From contig JAUUZY010000002.1 in assembly GCA_030592015.1 (NCBI GenBank), positions 8,838-72,837 on the forward strand: a stretch of 64,000 nucleotides of DNA, written 5' to 3'. The notes under the pieces are model-generated. The model was given only the letters and a program-made list of their open reading frames with translations, was not told the DNA's origin and did not search any database. Position numbers and translations under genes: made by a program. This stretch comes from Candidatus Peregrinibacteria bacterium. Lineage in GTDB: Bacteria > Patescibacteriota > Gracilibacteria > UBA1369 > LOWO2-01-FULL-3. Positions 18,764 to 27,059 of this stretch are shown here, one piece after another; position 1 is the stretch's first letter; the number at the start of each line of letters is the position of its first letter.

Positions 18764-19323
18764 TAAAATAGAATTTTATGTAATTGAATCTCCAAGTCTT
18801 CTCGTAACTGTTCTTTGATAATTGTCTCAAAAGAGTTATTTATCTCGACTTTGTCAGTTTTTACGATTAGACCACCTTGAATATTTTCGCTTTTATCAGA
18901 GAGAAAATAACTTTTCCCTGATGTTTTTATAGCCTCTTTAGTGACAGTTTCTTTACCGCTTGCAGCAATTACTACTGCGTCACCTTCGATATTTGCTTTT
19001 TTCAGAATTTCCGCAAGCATATCTCCATAGTTTGCTGATTCACTTAGTTGCTTGATAGCTTTATCAAGATAATCTTCTATAAGCGCTCTCTTTGCTTCTA
19101 GTAGCTTATTCTTTGATTCTCTATCAGCTAGTGTTTCAGCTTTTTCTAGGATCTTTGCACTTTTCTCTTCTATTTTGTCGTTTAGATTTGCATCTATTTC
19201 TCTACGACGTTTTTCATCATCTTCTTCAAGTTTTTTCTTCTTATCGGAAAATTCTTTTTCAAGCTTGGCTAACTTTTCGTCAGTTTCCTTTTTAATTTTT
19301 TCTAAAATATCTTCTAAGGCCAT
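18763..19323 (-). CDS. atpE: V/A-type ATP synthase subunit E (peripheral stalk)
   Basis: 186 aa. Charged coiled-coil N-terminus (LEDILEKIKKETDEKLAKLEKEF) and a globular C-terminus. Confidence 0.85.
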   Translation of the reverse strand: MALEDILEKIKKETDEKLAKLEKEFSDKKKKLEEDDEKRRREIDANLNDKIEEKSAKILEKAETLADRESKNKLLEAKRALIEDYLDKAIKQLSESANYGDMLAEILKKANIEGDAVVIAASGKETVTKEAIKTSGKSYFLSDKSENIQGGLIVKTDKVEINNSFETIIKEQLREDLEIQLHKILF

Positions 19324-19339
19324 ATTTTATGGTTGTTAT

Positions 19340-19849
<510 letters not shown>

Positions 19850-21835
19850 TTATGAATTATTTATAAAGGTGTATTTGGTTTTTTTGTTTAACGGTTTAAA
19901 ATCTCTTCCTCCGCCTTCCATGAATTGTCCGAAGAATTCCACGAATTGAAGACGACCTGAGTGAATGAATGAACCAAGAGTGTTTATCACGAGGTTGAAT
20001 AAATGTCCTCCAATTAAAACTACGAGCATGAATATCCATCCGACATACGGAATTAAGTCGTACATTAGTACTGCAATAATGTTTACAGCTAATCCGATGA
20101 TTGCTGTTGCCAGTCCTAACGCCAAGAGACGTGAATATGATAGAACGTCACTCAAGTAACCGATTAATCCGTATAGGCTAAGTATTCCAAACATTATTTT
20201 TCCTGGTATGCTTTTTTGATTTCTTCCCTGAGTTGTAACTAAAATGGCTGCTGCCAGGATCACCCACCATGTTCCAACTACTTGCAGTTCGATTGGAATT
20301 ACCTTGCTTGCTGCTAGGATAGTAAATGCTATTGCGCTAAGCATAAATGCCCATGTTCCTGTGTCTAAAATCGCTTCTTTCTTGTCTAGATGTTTGATTC
20401 CGTGGAATAGTTTCATGAATGTTCCCAGTAGGATTTGAATGTATCCCAGTGCGAGAGCCATTTTCAAAATTGTAAGTGGCTCTGTCAGTGAATTAAATTT
20501 CTGCATTATAAATGCTGTTTCCCCTGCATCGTTTGTGAATTTTAGGAAGTCTGGAATTTGATCAGTTGTAAGACTGAACCATCCGCCAAATAGTGCTCCT
20601 ACTATAAATGTTGCAACTCCTCCATACATCAGTAATTTTACTAATTTTTTAGTTCCTGTTGGTAATTTTAGGAATTTTAATGCAAGTGCTGTCGCAACAA
20701 ACATTACTAATCCATACCCTGCGTCTGTTAGACAAAGGGCAAAGAATAGTATGAAAAATGCTGATAGGTATGGTGTGGGATCCATTTCAGAGGATTGTGG
20801 TAATCCATAAATTTTTGTAACTGTCTCAAATGGGCTCATAAACGAACTGTTTCTTATTATTACCGGAGGAGTTTCACCTTCGTCCGGTTCGATTTTTTCT
20901 ATAAGTAGTTCTTTACTTACTTTATTTAGGTCTTCTTCCAACATTTTCATATTTGCGATTGGAATCCATCCTTTTATTACAAAGCTATATTCTGTGCTTC
21001 CGGCCTTTTTCATTTCTTCCAGCTTTTCTTTTTCCCATAGTGTGTAGTCGTGAACTATTTGTAGGTTTTCAATGTTTTCTGATAGCTCTTTTAGTTCTCC
21101 TTCTGCTTTTTTGATGATTTTTTCACTATCTTTGATAACTGTGTTTAATTTTTTGCAGTAATCGTCCAGTGATCCTGTTCCTTCAGGTAGTTCCACTTCG
21201 CTGAATTTGTGTTCTGAAAGGGTAGCCCTAACGTCTTTTTCCAGTTCAGGAGAGAAAATTACATATATTTGGCTTACTTTTTCTTCTTTATTTATTACTT
21301 GAACATCTACTAGATCGCTTAGCTTTGTTAGTTCTTTTTTTGTTGCTTCTAAGTCTTCAGTAGGGATACTTCCTACGATAATGTTTGCATTTTTACTTCC
21401 TGATAGGTTCTCTAGGTTAATCTTTAAATTTCTTAGAATATTATAAATGTCCAGTTCGCTGTTCGCGTTTGCTATTTCGTTCTTTGCTTTTACTTCTGTG
21501 TCTTCGATTTTTAGGCATTCGTCTATAATTGTTTGAAAATCGAAGACTTTTGCTCTTTCTTCTATTTCTTTTTCGTCTAGTTCTATTGGTCCTTGAATGA
21601 AACTTCGCTTTTTTCCATATGGAGATAGAAGCTTTATCGCGAATTCAAGATTTGCAAAATCGAGCTCAGCCTTTTGTAGCTTGTGAATTGTCTTGTTTAA
21701 TTCTTTTTCTGATACTAAGTCTTCTGTAACTTCTTTAATTTCCAAAATTCCAGCTTTTTGAATTGTTTCGAAAAGTTTTTCTTTTTTGGAGCTAAGTCCT
21801 ATTAGCTGTATTTTTTGTGTTTTGGCTAGGGCCAT
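19850..21835 (-). CDS. atpI: V/A-type ATP synthase subunit I (a-subunit)
   Basis: 661 aa. Soluble coiled N-terminal half and a polytopic C-terminal half with the conserved region SYSRLLALGLATAII. Confidence 0.93.
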   Translation of the reverse strand: MALAKTQKIQLIGLSSKKEKLFETIQKAGILEIKEVTEDLVSEKELNKTIHKLQKAELDFANLEFAIKLLSPYGKKRSFIQGPIELDEKEIEERAKVFDFQTIIDECLKIEDTEVKAKNEIANANSELDIYNILRNLKINLENLSGSKNANIIVGSIPTEDLEATKKELTKLSDLVDVQVINKEEKVSQIYVIFSPELEKDVRATLSEHKFSEVELPEGTGSLDDYCKKLNTVIKDSEKIIKKAEGELKELSENIENLQIVHDYTLWEKEKLEEMKKAGSTEYSFVIKGWIPIANMKMLEEDLNKVSKELLIEKIEPDEGETPPVIIRNSSFMSPFETVTKIYGLPQSSEMDPTPYLSAFFILFFALCLTDAGYGLVMFVATALALKFLKLPTGTKKLVKLLMYGGVATFIVGALFGGWFSLTTDQIPDFLKFTNDAGETAFIMQKFNSLTEPLTILKMALALGYIQILLGTFMKLFHGIKHLDKKEAILDTGTWAFMLSAIAFTILAASKVIPIELQVVGTWWVILAAAILVTTQGRNQKSIPGKIMFGILSLYGLIGYLSDVLSYSRLLALGLATAIIGLAVNIIAVLMYDLIPYVGWIFMLVVLIGGHLFNLVINTLGSFIHSGRLQFVEFFGQFMEGGGRDFKPLNKKTKYTFINNS

Positions 21836-21839
21836 ATTT

Positions 21840-22187
21840 TTATGCTTTTATGTGATCAGTAAAGATTGTAGTGATTAATTCGATTGCACTAGATTCTTTC
21901 CCCTTTGCTTCTGAAATTATTTTGTTTTTTTCGCTTTCTGCAGTTGCCATTTTAGACTTAAGTAGTTGGCTTGCTTCCCCTTTTACTGTTTCCAGCTTCT
22001 TTAGTCCTTTCTCTCTTAGGCTTTTTGCAAATTCGTCTGTTTTTTCTTCTAGATTATTTTTGAATGTTTCCTCTTTCTGATTCAGTTCGACATTTGTTTT
22101 TTCTATTTGTGTTTTTTCCGATTCTTCAGCTTTTTTTATCGCTTGAATAGGGTCTTGCCCCTGATTTCCTTGTGATTTATCGTTCAT
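21840..22187 (-). CDS. Probable V/A-type ATP synthase subunit H/G (peripheral stalk)
   Basis: 115 aa, charged and predicted coiled coil (AIKKAEESEKTQIEK...). It is the first gene of the operon, where atpH/ntpF normally sits. The assignment rests mainly on position. Confidence 0.55.
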   Translation of the reverse strand: MNDKSQGNQGQDPIQAIKKAEESEKTQIEKTNVELNQKEETFKNNLEEKTDEFAKSLREKGLKKLETVKGEASQLLKSKMATAESEKNKIISEAKGKESSAIELITTIFTDHIKA

Positions 22188-22257
22188 ACCTTAAGTTGTT
22201 AATTTAAATAATCCTTAGAGTAGAGATCTTAAGGATTTATGATTTTTACCGGAGGTG

Positions 22258-22286
22258 ATTTTAGTAATGAATTTGATAAAAGTCAA
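22258..22286 (-). promoter_or_regulatory. Sigma70-like promoter for the V-ATPase operon
   Basis: Minus strand reads TTGACT, a 17-nt spacer (tttatcaaattcattac), then TAAAAT, about 70 nt upstream of the first gene. The leader contains an 8-bp hairpin (aatcctta...taaggatt, ~22211-22238). Confidence 0.5.
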
Positions 22287-22333
22287 TCCTCAAAACGAAT
22301 ATTTGACTAATCAGTTAGCTATTTGACTTGACA

Positions 22334-24670
22334 TTAAGGAGTCAAGCTTGCGAGATTCACTATTGTTGTTGTGCCTATCTTTTCTATCGCTTGGATTATT
22401 GCCTTTCCGTAGTCTTTTTTTGTGGGTCGTGAATCTAGGATGATTGCTTCTTTCTTTTCGCCGTTTTTGTCTAGTCGATTGATCAGTTTTTTTAATGCGA
22501 AGGTTGCTTGAGGGATTTGAAACTCCATAAACGGGTTATCAAAATGGTTGCTGTTTATGGTGTTGAATGTACTGCTTGGTGGCGCGAATGGAATCTTTGT
22601 TATAAATAACGTTTTTATAAGGTTGTGATGCTTGAACTTGTCCCAAAAATACGGAGTTAATAAAACTACTGAGTTTTCCGGGTCTTGGCTGAATTGTTCG
22701 CATATTTTTCCGATATTTCCTGTTAATTGTGATACGACTTTGACTTCTTTTAGTGATTTGCTTAATTCTAGGGTGAGGAATTCGAGTTGTTTTCTGGAAT
22801 TACATATTATTGCAGTGTTGCCTTTCTCTTTTGTGAGAAATTCGTGCAGAAATTTGGGAATAATGTGTTTGTTGTGTGGGTTTTCTCTTTCAGGTGTATC
22901 CTGCGTTATAAAAATCTCCAGTGCTTCGTTTTTTCTTAGGCTGCTTTTTACTGGGAGGTCTTGATCCAGACCTGATAGTTTTTTAGTGAATTTGCCGTTG
23001 TCATCTAAATCCATGCTTTCTCCTACAAATACAGAATTTCCTGTTTTTTCTATGACTTTTCCCATTATTTCTTTGTGTGATAATGGTGCTGATCTTATGA
23101 TGGGGTTTAGGTTATAGTCTTTCTCAACCCATATCATGTTTTCTTCCAGTTTTGGATTTTTGAATACTTTTTCTAGGTTTCTTAGTGAAATTTTCCAGTT
23201 TTGTAGATAACCGGTTGTTTCCTCATTAATAATATCTATTAGTTCTTTGGACATTTCTATAAGTGTGGAGAAGATTTTTTGGATTTCTTCCCATTCCGCA
23301 GTCTTTATGATGTTTTCATTTACCATACTGCGTGGTCCATATATGTTTTGATCATTGTATTTTTCAAAGATAATGCCTACCAATCCTACGATCATTGTGC
23401 ATTTTGAGAGCAGGCTTTGTATTGTCTGATTCTCGGGATGTATTTCCTGAAGTTGAGTTAGCGGATCTGTAATTTTCTCTATGTTTAGGAAAAGTACGTT
23501 GTGGTAGTGAAAGCTTTGCATGAAGTCATCGAAGTCTAGTATTATTAGCTTTTTGGCCTCCAGCTGTTCGTCGAGTATGTATTGGTGACTGCAGATTGCT
23601 GCGTTGTCTTTGTCCTTTTCTATCGCTTTCTTTATGAATAGTTCTTTTTCTACATTAACTATGAGGGGATCGGCGTTTATTTTGTGAATTGTTTGTTTTT
23701 CATCTCCCAATAGTCGTATTTCACTAAGTAGTCCGGTTTTGGTTTCTTTACTCCATATTAGGTATTTGAGTATTGCGCTTATTTCGTGGTCTTCAAAAAA
23801 TTCTTTTTTCTCGAATGCTGCGAGTCGCTTGAGAGATATATAGTTTTTCTTTGTGTCTATCTTTGCGATATTGTCTTCAAGTTCTTCGCAGGCAGTTTTG
23901 AATAGTTGGTGGGGCACTGCTATGTAACTGTCTTTGTCTTCTTTGTTAGCCAACTGTTTTGCAAGGTCCAAGTATGGAGGGAGGACTTCGAATAGGGTAG
24001 TGCTATCAGCGTTTAAAATTGTGTCTATTATTTCGCTTTTAGCTTTTTCTGTTTTCTCTTTTTCTTCTGTTTTTAAGGTTTTGTACTCTTTTTTTTCTGA
24101 CTTTAGTCCCAGAAAGTAATCTTTTAGCTTCCAATTTGATTTACTGCATAGTCCTTGAATCTTTTTTAGTAAATCCGGATCCATTGATTCAAATCTTTTA
24201 GTAAGCTCGAGGAATAGTTCCATTGCTGCAATTGCGTCATCTAGGGCTCTGTGTTTTTCTTTATGCTGAAGATCAAAAGTTTTGCTTAGAATTTCCAAAC
24301 TATATGAAGATAGGCCTGTTAGCAGTGTGCTTGCCAGGTCATGCGTGTCGTATTCTGGGTTTGTTACCTCTATGTTATGGGTTCTAAGGAATCCTGTATC
24401 GAATTTGATATTGTGCCCTATTATAGGGAAGTCCTGAATGAAGGCGCGCACTTCTTCTTCTTTTTCACTGAATAGAGGAGCGTCTTTTAGGTCTTCGTCA
24501 GTGATTTTTGTAATGTGTGTAATGATATCCGGCAGTTTTATTCCTGGATTTACTAGGAATTGCAGAGTTTCTTTTTCTCCATTCATGTCGAACTTTACCG
24601 CACCAAATTCAATGATGCTGTCGTTTTCTGGCTTTACTCCTGTGGTTTCTAGATCTAGTGATACGTACAT
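22334..24670 (-). CDS. DnaQ-like 3'-5' exonuclease fused to a DinG-like helicase-fold domain (helicase ATPase motifs degenerate)
   Basis: 778 aa. Exo I DLETTG, Exo II GHNIKFD, Exo III HRALDDA. The C-terminal part has the DinG pattern (ICSHQYIL, LLTPYFWDKF..., ITKIPFAPP, AIILDSR). There is no GxxxxGK[ST] anywhere, and the DEAH-box position reads ILDFDDF. Confidence 0.8.
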   Translation of the reverse strand: MYVSLDLETTGVKPENDSIIEFGAVKFDMNGEKETLQFLVNPGIKLPDIITHITKITDEDLKDAPLFSEKEEEVRAFIQDFPIIGHNIKFDTGFLRTHNIEVTNPEYDTHDLASTLLTGLSSYSLEILSKTFDLQHKEKHRALDDAIAAMELFLELTKRFESMDPDLLKKIQGLCSKSNWKLKDYFLGLKSEKKEYKTLKTEEKEKTEKAKSEIIDTILNADSTTLFEVLPPYLDLAKQLANKEDKDSYIAVPHQLFKTACEELEDNIAKIDTKKNYISLKRLAAFEKKEFFEDHEISAILKYLIWSKETKTGLLSEIRLLGDEKQTIHKINADPLIVNVEKELFIKKAIEKDKDNAAICSHQYILDEQLEAKKLIILDFDDFMQSFHYHNVLFLNIEKITDPLTQLQEIHPENQTIQSLLSKCTMIVGLVGIIFEKYNDQNIYGPRSMVNENIIKTAEWEEIQKIFSTLIEMSKELIDIINEETTGYLQNWKISLRNLEKVFKNPKLEENMIWVEKDYNLNPIIRSAPLSHKEIMGKVIEKTGNSVFVGESMDLDDNGKFTKKLSGLDQDLPVKSSLRKNEALEIFITQDTPERENPHNKHIIPKFLHEFLTKEKGNTAIICNSRKQLEFLTLELSKSLKEVKVVSQLTGNIGKICEQFSQDPENSVVLLTPYFWDKFKHHNLIKTLFITKIPFAPPSSTFNTINSNHFDNPFMEFQIPQATFALKKLINRLDKNGEKKEAIILDSRPTKKDYGKAIIQAIEKIGTTTIVNLASLTP

Positions 24671-24750
24671 GCTTGTATGCTAATGAAAAAAAGCGGAGTT
24701 TACCAGTTCTAAATTAAAAAACAGTCAAGCGGTCTGTCCAGAGTTGTTTT

Positions 24751-24779
24751 TTGACAAATCGTGCGGCCCAAGGTATTGT
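24751..24779 (+). promoter_or_regulatory. Sigma70-like promoter of the island's first unit
   Basis: TTGACA (24751-24756), 17-nt spacer, TATTGT (24774-24779). Confidence 0.45.
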
Positions 24780-24785
24780 GATCTG

Positions 24786-25148
24786 AATTCAATAGGAATT
24801 CGAAAAGAAAACGTCCCAGAAAAGCACTCGTACGTTGAAAAAAAGAAACAAAAACAAAAAAGTCTCAGTGGTGAGAGATGAGGGGCATAAAAAATTATTC
24901 CTCTCTCTGTCCTTGCTGGGTGATGGTCGCTACTTCTCGGAGTAGGATGACCGCTCACGTTCAGGTGAAACTGAACAAATGCTCTGCTCTTGTCTGGTCT
25001 TCGGATTTGTACAAGGGGTTACAGGCGGCCGGTGGTGCGGCTATAAACAACACCAAAGTCTTGCAGGATTAAAACAAAAACAAAAATTCTCAACGGGCCA
25101 AAACCGTTCGTTGATAGAGATGTTCCCCGGTTCGCCGGGGTTTTTTTT
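24786..25148 (+). ncRNA. Unclassified structured RNA candidate (~360 nt) ending in an intrinsic terminator; alternatively the mRNA of a 64-aa basic ORF (24878..25072)
   Basis: GC-rich core 24862-25068 in an AT-rich genome. Hairpins read by eye: 24873-24907; 24920-24958 (13 bp in 3 segments); 24959-24976 (GTTCAG/CTGAAC, loop GUGAAA); 24989-25015 (cUUCGg loop). A promoter lies upstream and a terminator downstream. I found no match to RNase P, tmRNA or SRP core motifs. Confidence 0.45.
25125..25148 (+). terminator. Rho-independent terminator
   Basis: ccccgg-ttcg-ccgggg followed by T8 (25141-25148). Confidence 0.85.
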
Positions 25149-25183
25149 ATTGTCTTAATTATAATGTAGTCTTGACCTAGGCA

Positions 25184-25211
25184 TTGACAAGTTTATCACC
25201 TGTGCTATACT
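25184..25211 (+). promoter_or_regulatory. Strong sigma70-like promoter with extended -10 (second island unit)
   Basis: TTGACA (25184-25189), 16-nt spacer ending in TGc, TATACT (25206-25211). Confidence 0.55.
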
Positions 25212-25405
25212 TTTTGTTCAGTCATTTTCAATGCTTGAACTTGTTCTTTTACACTAGCTAGGCATAAAGTTCGTAGGTGGAGGTCCTCTCTGTATTAACA
25301 TTAGTATCGAGACGACCCTTCCTTACGGACTGGGTACAAACCTAACTTTGAGGTGGCAATGTGCTTACCTCACAGCCTGCACAGGGATGTGCTAGGGGAG
25401 ACATT

Positions 25406-25861
25406 ATGTCTAGTGTTATGTCCAGTGTTATCGATCGTTTCATCGCAACTTTTAATTTTCTTGGGAACTTGGAATTGGTTCCGGACCCTACGAAAATTCA
25501 GGAGCTGGCGATTGCTGAGGTGCCCGCGGAATCTCTGCTGTTTCGTCCTTACATTGAGGATGAGGACGGAGGTGGTCTCGATTCGCATCGGGCCTGGCTT
25601 CTAGATGGATCTGGGGGCGTCCTTACTGAGGTAGGACTATTGGAAACAGTAGGCGAGGCTGCGGCTCATAATCCTGGTATGCGTTATGCTATTAGGATCG
25701 AGCGCGGTCACACTCCGGACCACGAAGAGTCGTGGTACGAAATTACCATCCATCGATCAGCGAGATTATCGCTGGTCGATAGAGAACCTCGTGAAGGTAT
25801 AAAAGAACAAAGTGTCAGCATCTACGCTGACGGCGCGCGAGGCGTTTCCCTCGCAATCTGA
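25406..25861 (+). CDS. Hypothetical acidic protein (151 aa), compositionally foreign
   Basis: ORF with an AGGGGAG Shine-Dalgarno 5 nt before ATG 25406. The alternative start 25361 is also preceded by GAGGTGG. 62 of 151 codons start with G, which is a coding-type periodicity. 25 D/E versus 13 K/R, with 11 R versus 2 K. About 52% G+C. I recognise no family. Confidence 0.6.
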   Translation: MSSVMSSVIDRFIATFNFLGNLELVPDPTKIQELAIAEVPAESLLFRPYIEDEDGGGLDSHRAWLLDGSGGVLTEVGLLETVGEAAAHNPGMRYAIRIERGHTPDHEESWYEITIHRSARLSLVDREPREGIKEQSVSIYADGARGVSLAI

Positions 25862-25899
25862 TTGCCGTTGTCTTCGGACGGACGGTAGTCGAAAACCTT

Positions 25900-25921
25900 G
25901 GGGGGTCCTAAAAGACCCCTC
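25900..25921. terminator. Hairpin between convergent genes (possible bidirectional terminator, weak U-tracts)
   Basis: ggggggtc-ctaaaa-gacccctc, an 8-bp stem. It lies 39 nt after the island ORF stop and 22 nt after the carA stop. Confidence 0.4.
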
Positions 25922-25942
25922 GCAACTTTATAAATCCCTTTT

Positions 25943-27013
25943 TTATAACATTGCCGCAAACTCATCGAAGAAGTGCATTGTGTCTGTTGGGCCAGGTGTG
26001 GCTTCCGGGTGGAATTGGCATGAGAAGTAGGGGAGAGTTTCGTGTTTGATTCCTTCTACTGTGCCGTCGTTTGCATTTTTTAGCCAAACTTTCCAACCTG
26101 TCTTTAGAGATTTTTCATCTATGGCAAAGCCGTGGTTTTGGCTAGTGATATAGCAACGTCCTGTTTCTGTATCTATGCATGGTTGATTTTGTGATCTGTG
26201 TCCATATTTTAGTTTGTATGTCTTTGCGCCTGATGCAATTGCCATAATTTGTGTTCCGAGGCATATTCCAAATATTGGTTTCTTTAGTTCTAAGGCTTTT
26301 TTTATAGTTTTGTGCAGTGGAGTTAGCATTGATGGATCTCCCGGTCCGTTTGAGATGAAGATTCCGTCAAATTCCAATCCTTCTTCTATGAAGTCATAGT
26401 TCCATGGAACTCTTATTACACTTAGGTTTCGCTTAAGTAGGCTGCGAATGATGTTGTTTTTCATTCCGCAATCAATGCATACAATAGTTTTTGCTCCTTT
26501 CTTGTATCTTTTTGGAGCTTTGATTGAAACTTGTGATACCAGATTTTCCAGATCTGGATTGTAGAAGTCTGGACTGTCTTTTCCTTCTATTATTATTTTT
26601 CCGAGTATTGTTCCGTGTTTTCTTATTTTTTGAGTTAACATTCTGGTGTCGATTCCTGTGATTCCAGGGATGTCGTTGTCTTTTAGCCATTGTCCCAGGC
26701 TCTTTTTGGAGTCCCAGTGGTTAAAGTTTTCTGAGTATTCTGAAACTATGAGTCCTTTTATATGTATATTGTCGCTTTCAAATCTTTTTGAAATATTGTC
26801 GTCGTCTTTGCATGCACCTCCAACTCCATAATTTCCCACTAGCGGATATGTTAGTGTCATTATTTGTCCTTTGTATGAAGGGTCTGTGAGACTTTCCGGA
26901 TATCCAACCATTGATGTGTTGAAAACTACTTCACCAGCGCTGGAAACTTCTGCTCCAAAGCTTTTTCCTTCGAATGTTGTGCCGTCTTTTAGTACTAGTT
27001 TTGCTTTTGTCAT
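25943..27013 (-). CDS. carA: Carbamoyl-phosphate synthase small (glutaminase) subunit
   Basis: 356 aa. GICLGTQ (catalytic Cys) and CQFHPEA are class I amidotransferase motifs. N-terminus GEVVFNTSMVGYPESLTDPSY. Confidence 0.95.
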   Translation of the reverse strand: MTKAKLVLKDGTTFEGKSFGAEVSSAGEVVFNTSMVGYPESLTDPSYKGQIMTLTYPLVGNYGVGGACKDDDNISKRFESDNIHIKGLIVSEYSENFNHWDSKKSLGQWLKDNDIPGITGIDTRMLTQKIRKHGTILGKIIIEGKDSPDFYNPDLENLVSQVSIKAPKRYKKGAKTIVCIDCGMKNNIIRSLLKRNLSVIRVPWNYDFIEEGLEFDGIFISNGPGDPSMLTPLHKTIKKALELKKPIFGICLGTQIMAIASGAKTYKLKYGHRSQNQPCIDTETGRCYITSQNHGFAIDEKSLKTGWKVWLKNANDGTVEGIKHETLPYFSCQFHPEATPGPTDTMHFFDEFAAML

Positions 27014-27059
27014 TAGTTTGAATTTATCAGCGTTATTCTAAGGATCTGTTGAACGAATA

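Noticed and set aside
22245-22257. CACCTCC (identical to the 16S rRNA 3'-tail anti-SD core) in the V-ATPase leader on the minus strand.
   Set aside because: It is a single 7-mer occurrence with no supporting structure or context, and most likely coincidence.
24725-24958. 77-aa minus-strand ORF (MSGHPTPRSS...) in the track.
   Set aside because: It lies antisense to the promoter/terminator-bounded plus-strand unit. It has no start context and a low-complexity composition. GC-rich sequence is simply poor in stop codons.
24786-25148. Could the structured RNA be RNase P RNA, tmRNA or SRP RNA? Its size (~360 nt) fits RNase P or tmRNA.
   Set aside because: I found none of the universal core motifs on either strand:
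- RNase P: no GAGGAAAGUCC (CR-I) and no complementary ACAGAAnnCGGCUUA P4 partner.
- tmRNA: no tRNA-like T-arm (GGUUCGAnUCC) or ...CCA acceptor end.
- SRP: no domain IV GGAA/AGCAGC motif.
This was manual inspection only; a cmscan would be decisive.
25353-26030. Additional ORFs overlapping the island ORF: 25353..25604 (+), 25370..25588 (-) and 25812..26030 (+).
   Set aside because: These are alternative-frame or antisense ORFs within a GC-rich stretch. Only the 25406/25361..25861 frame shows strong G enrichment at codon position 1 and an SD. The 25812..26030 ORF runs into the carA 3' end.
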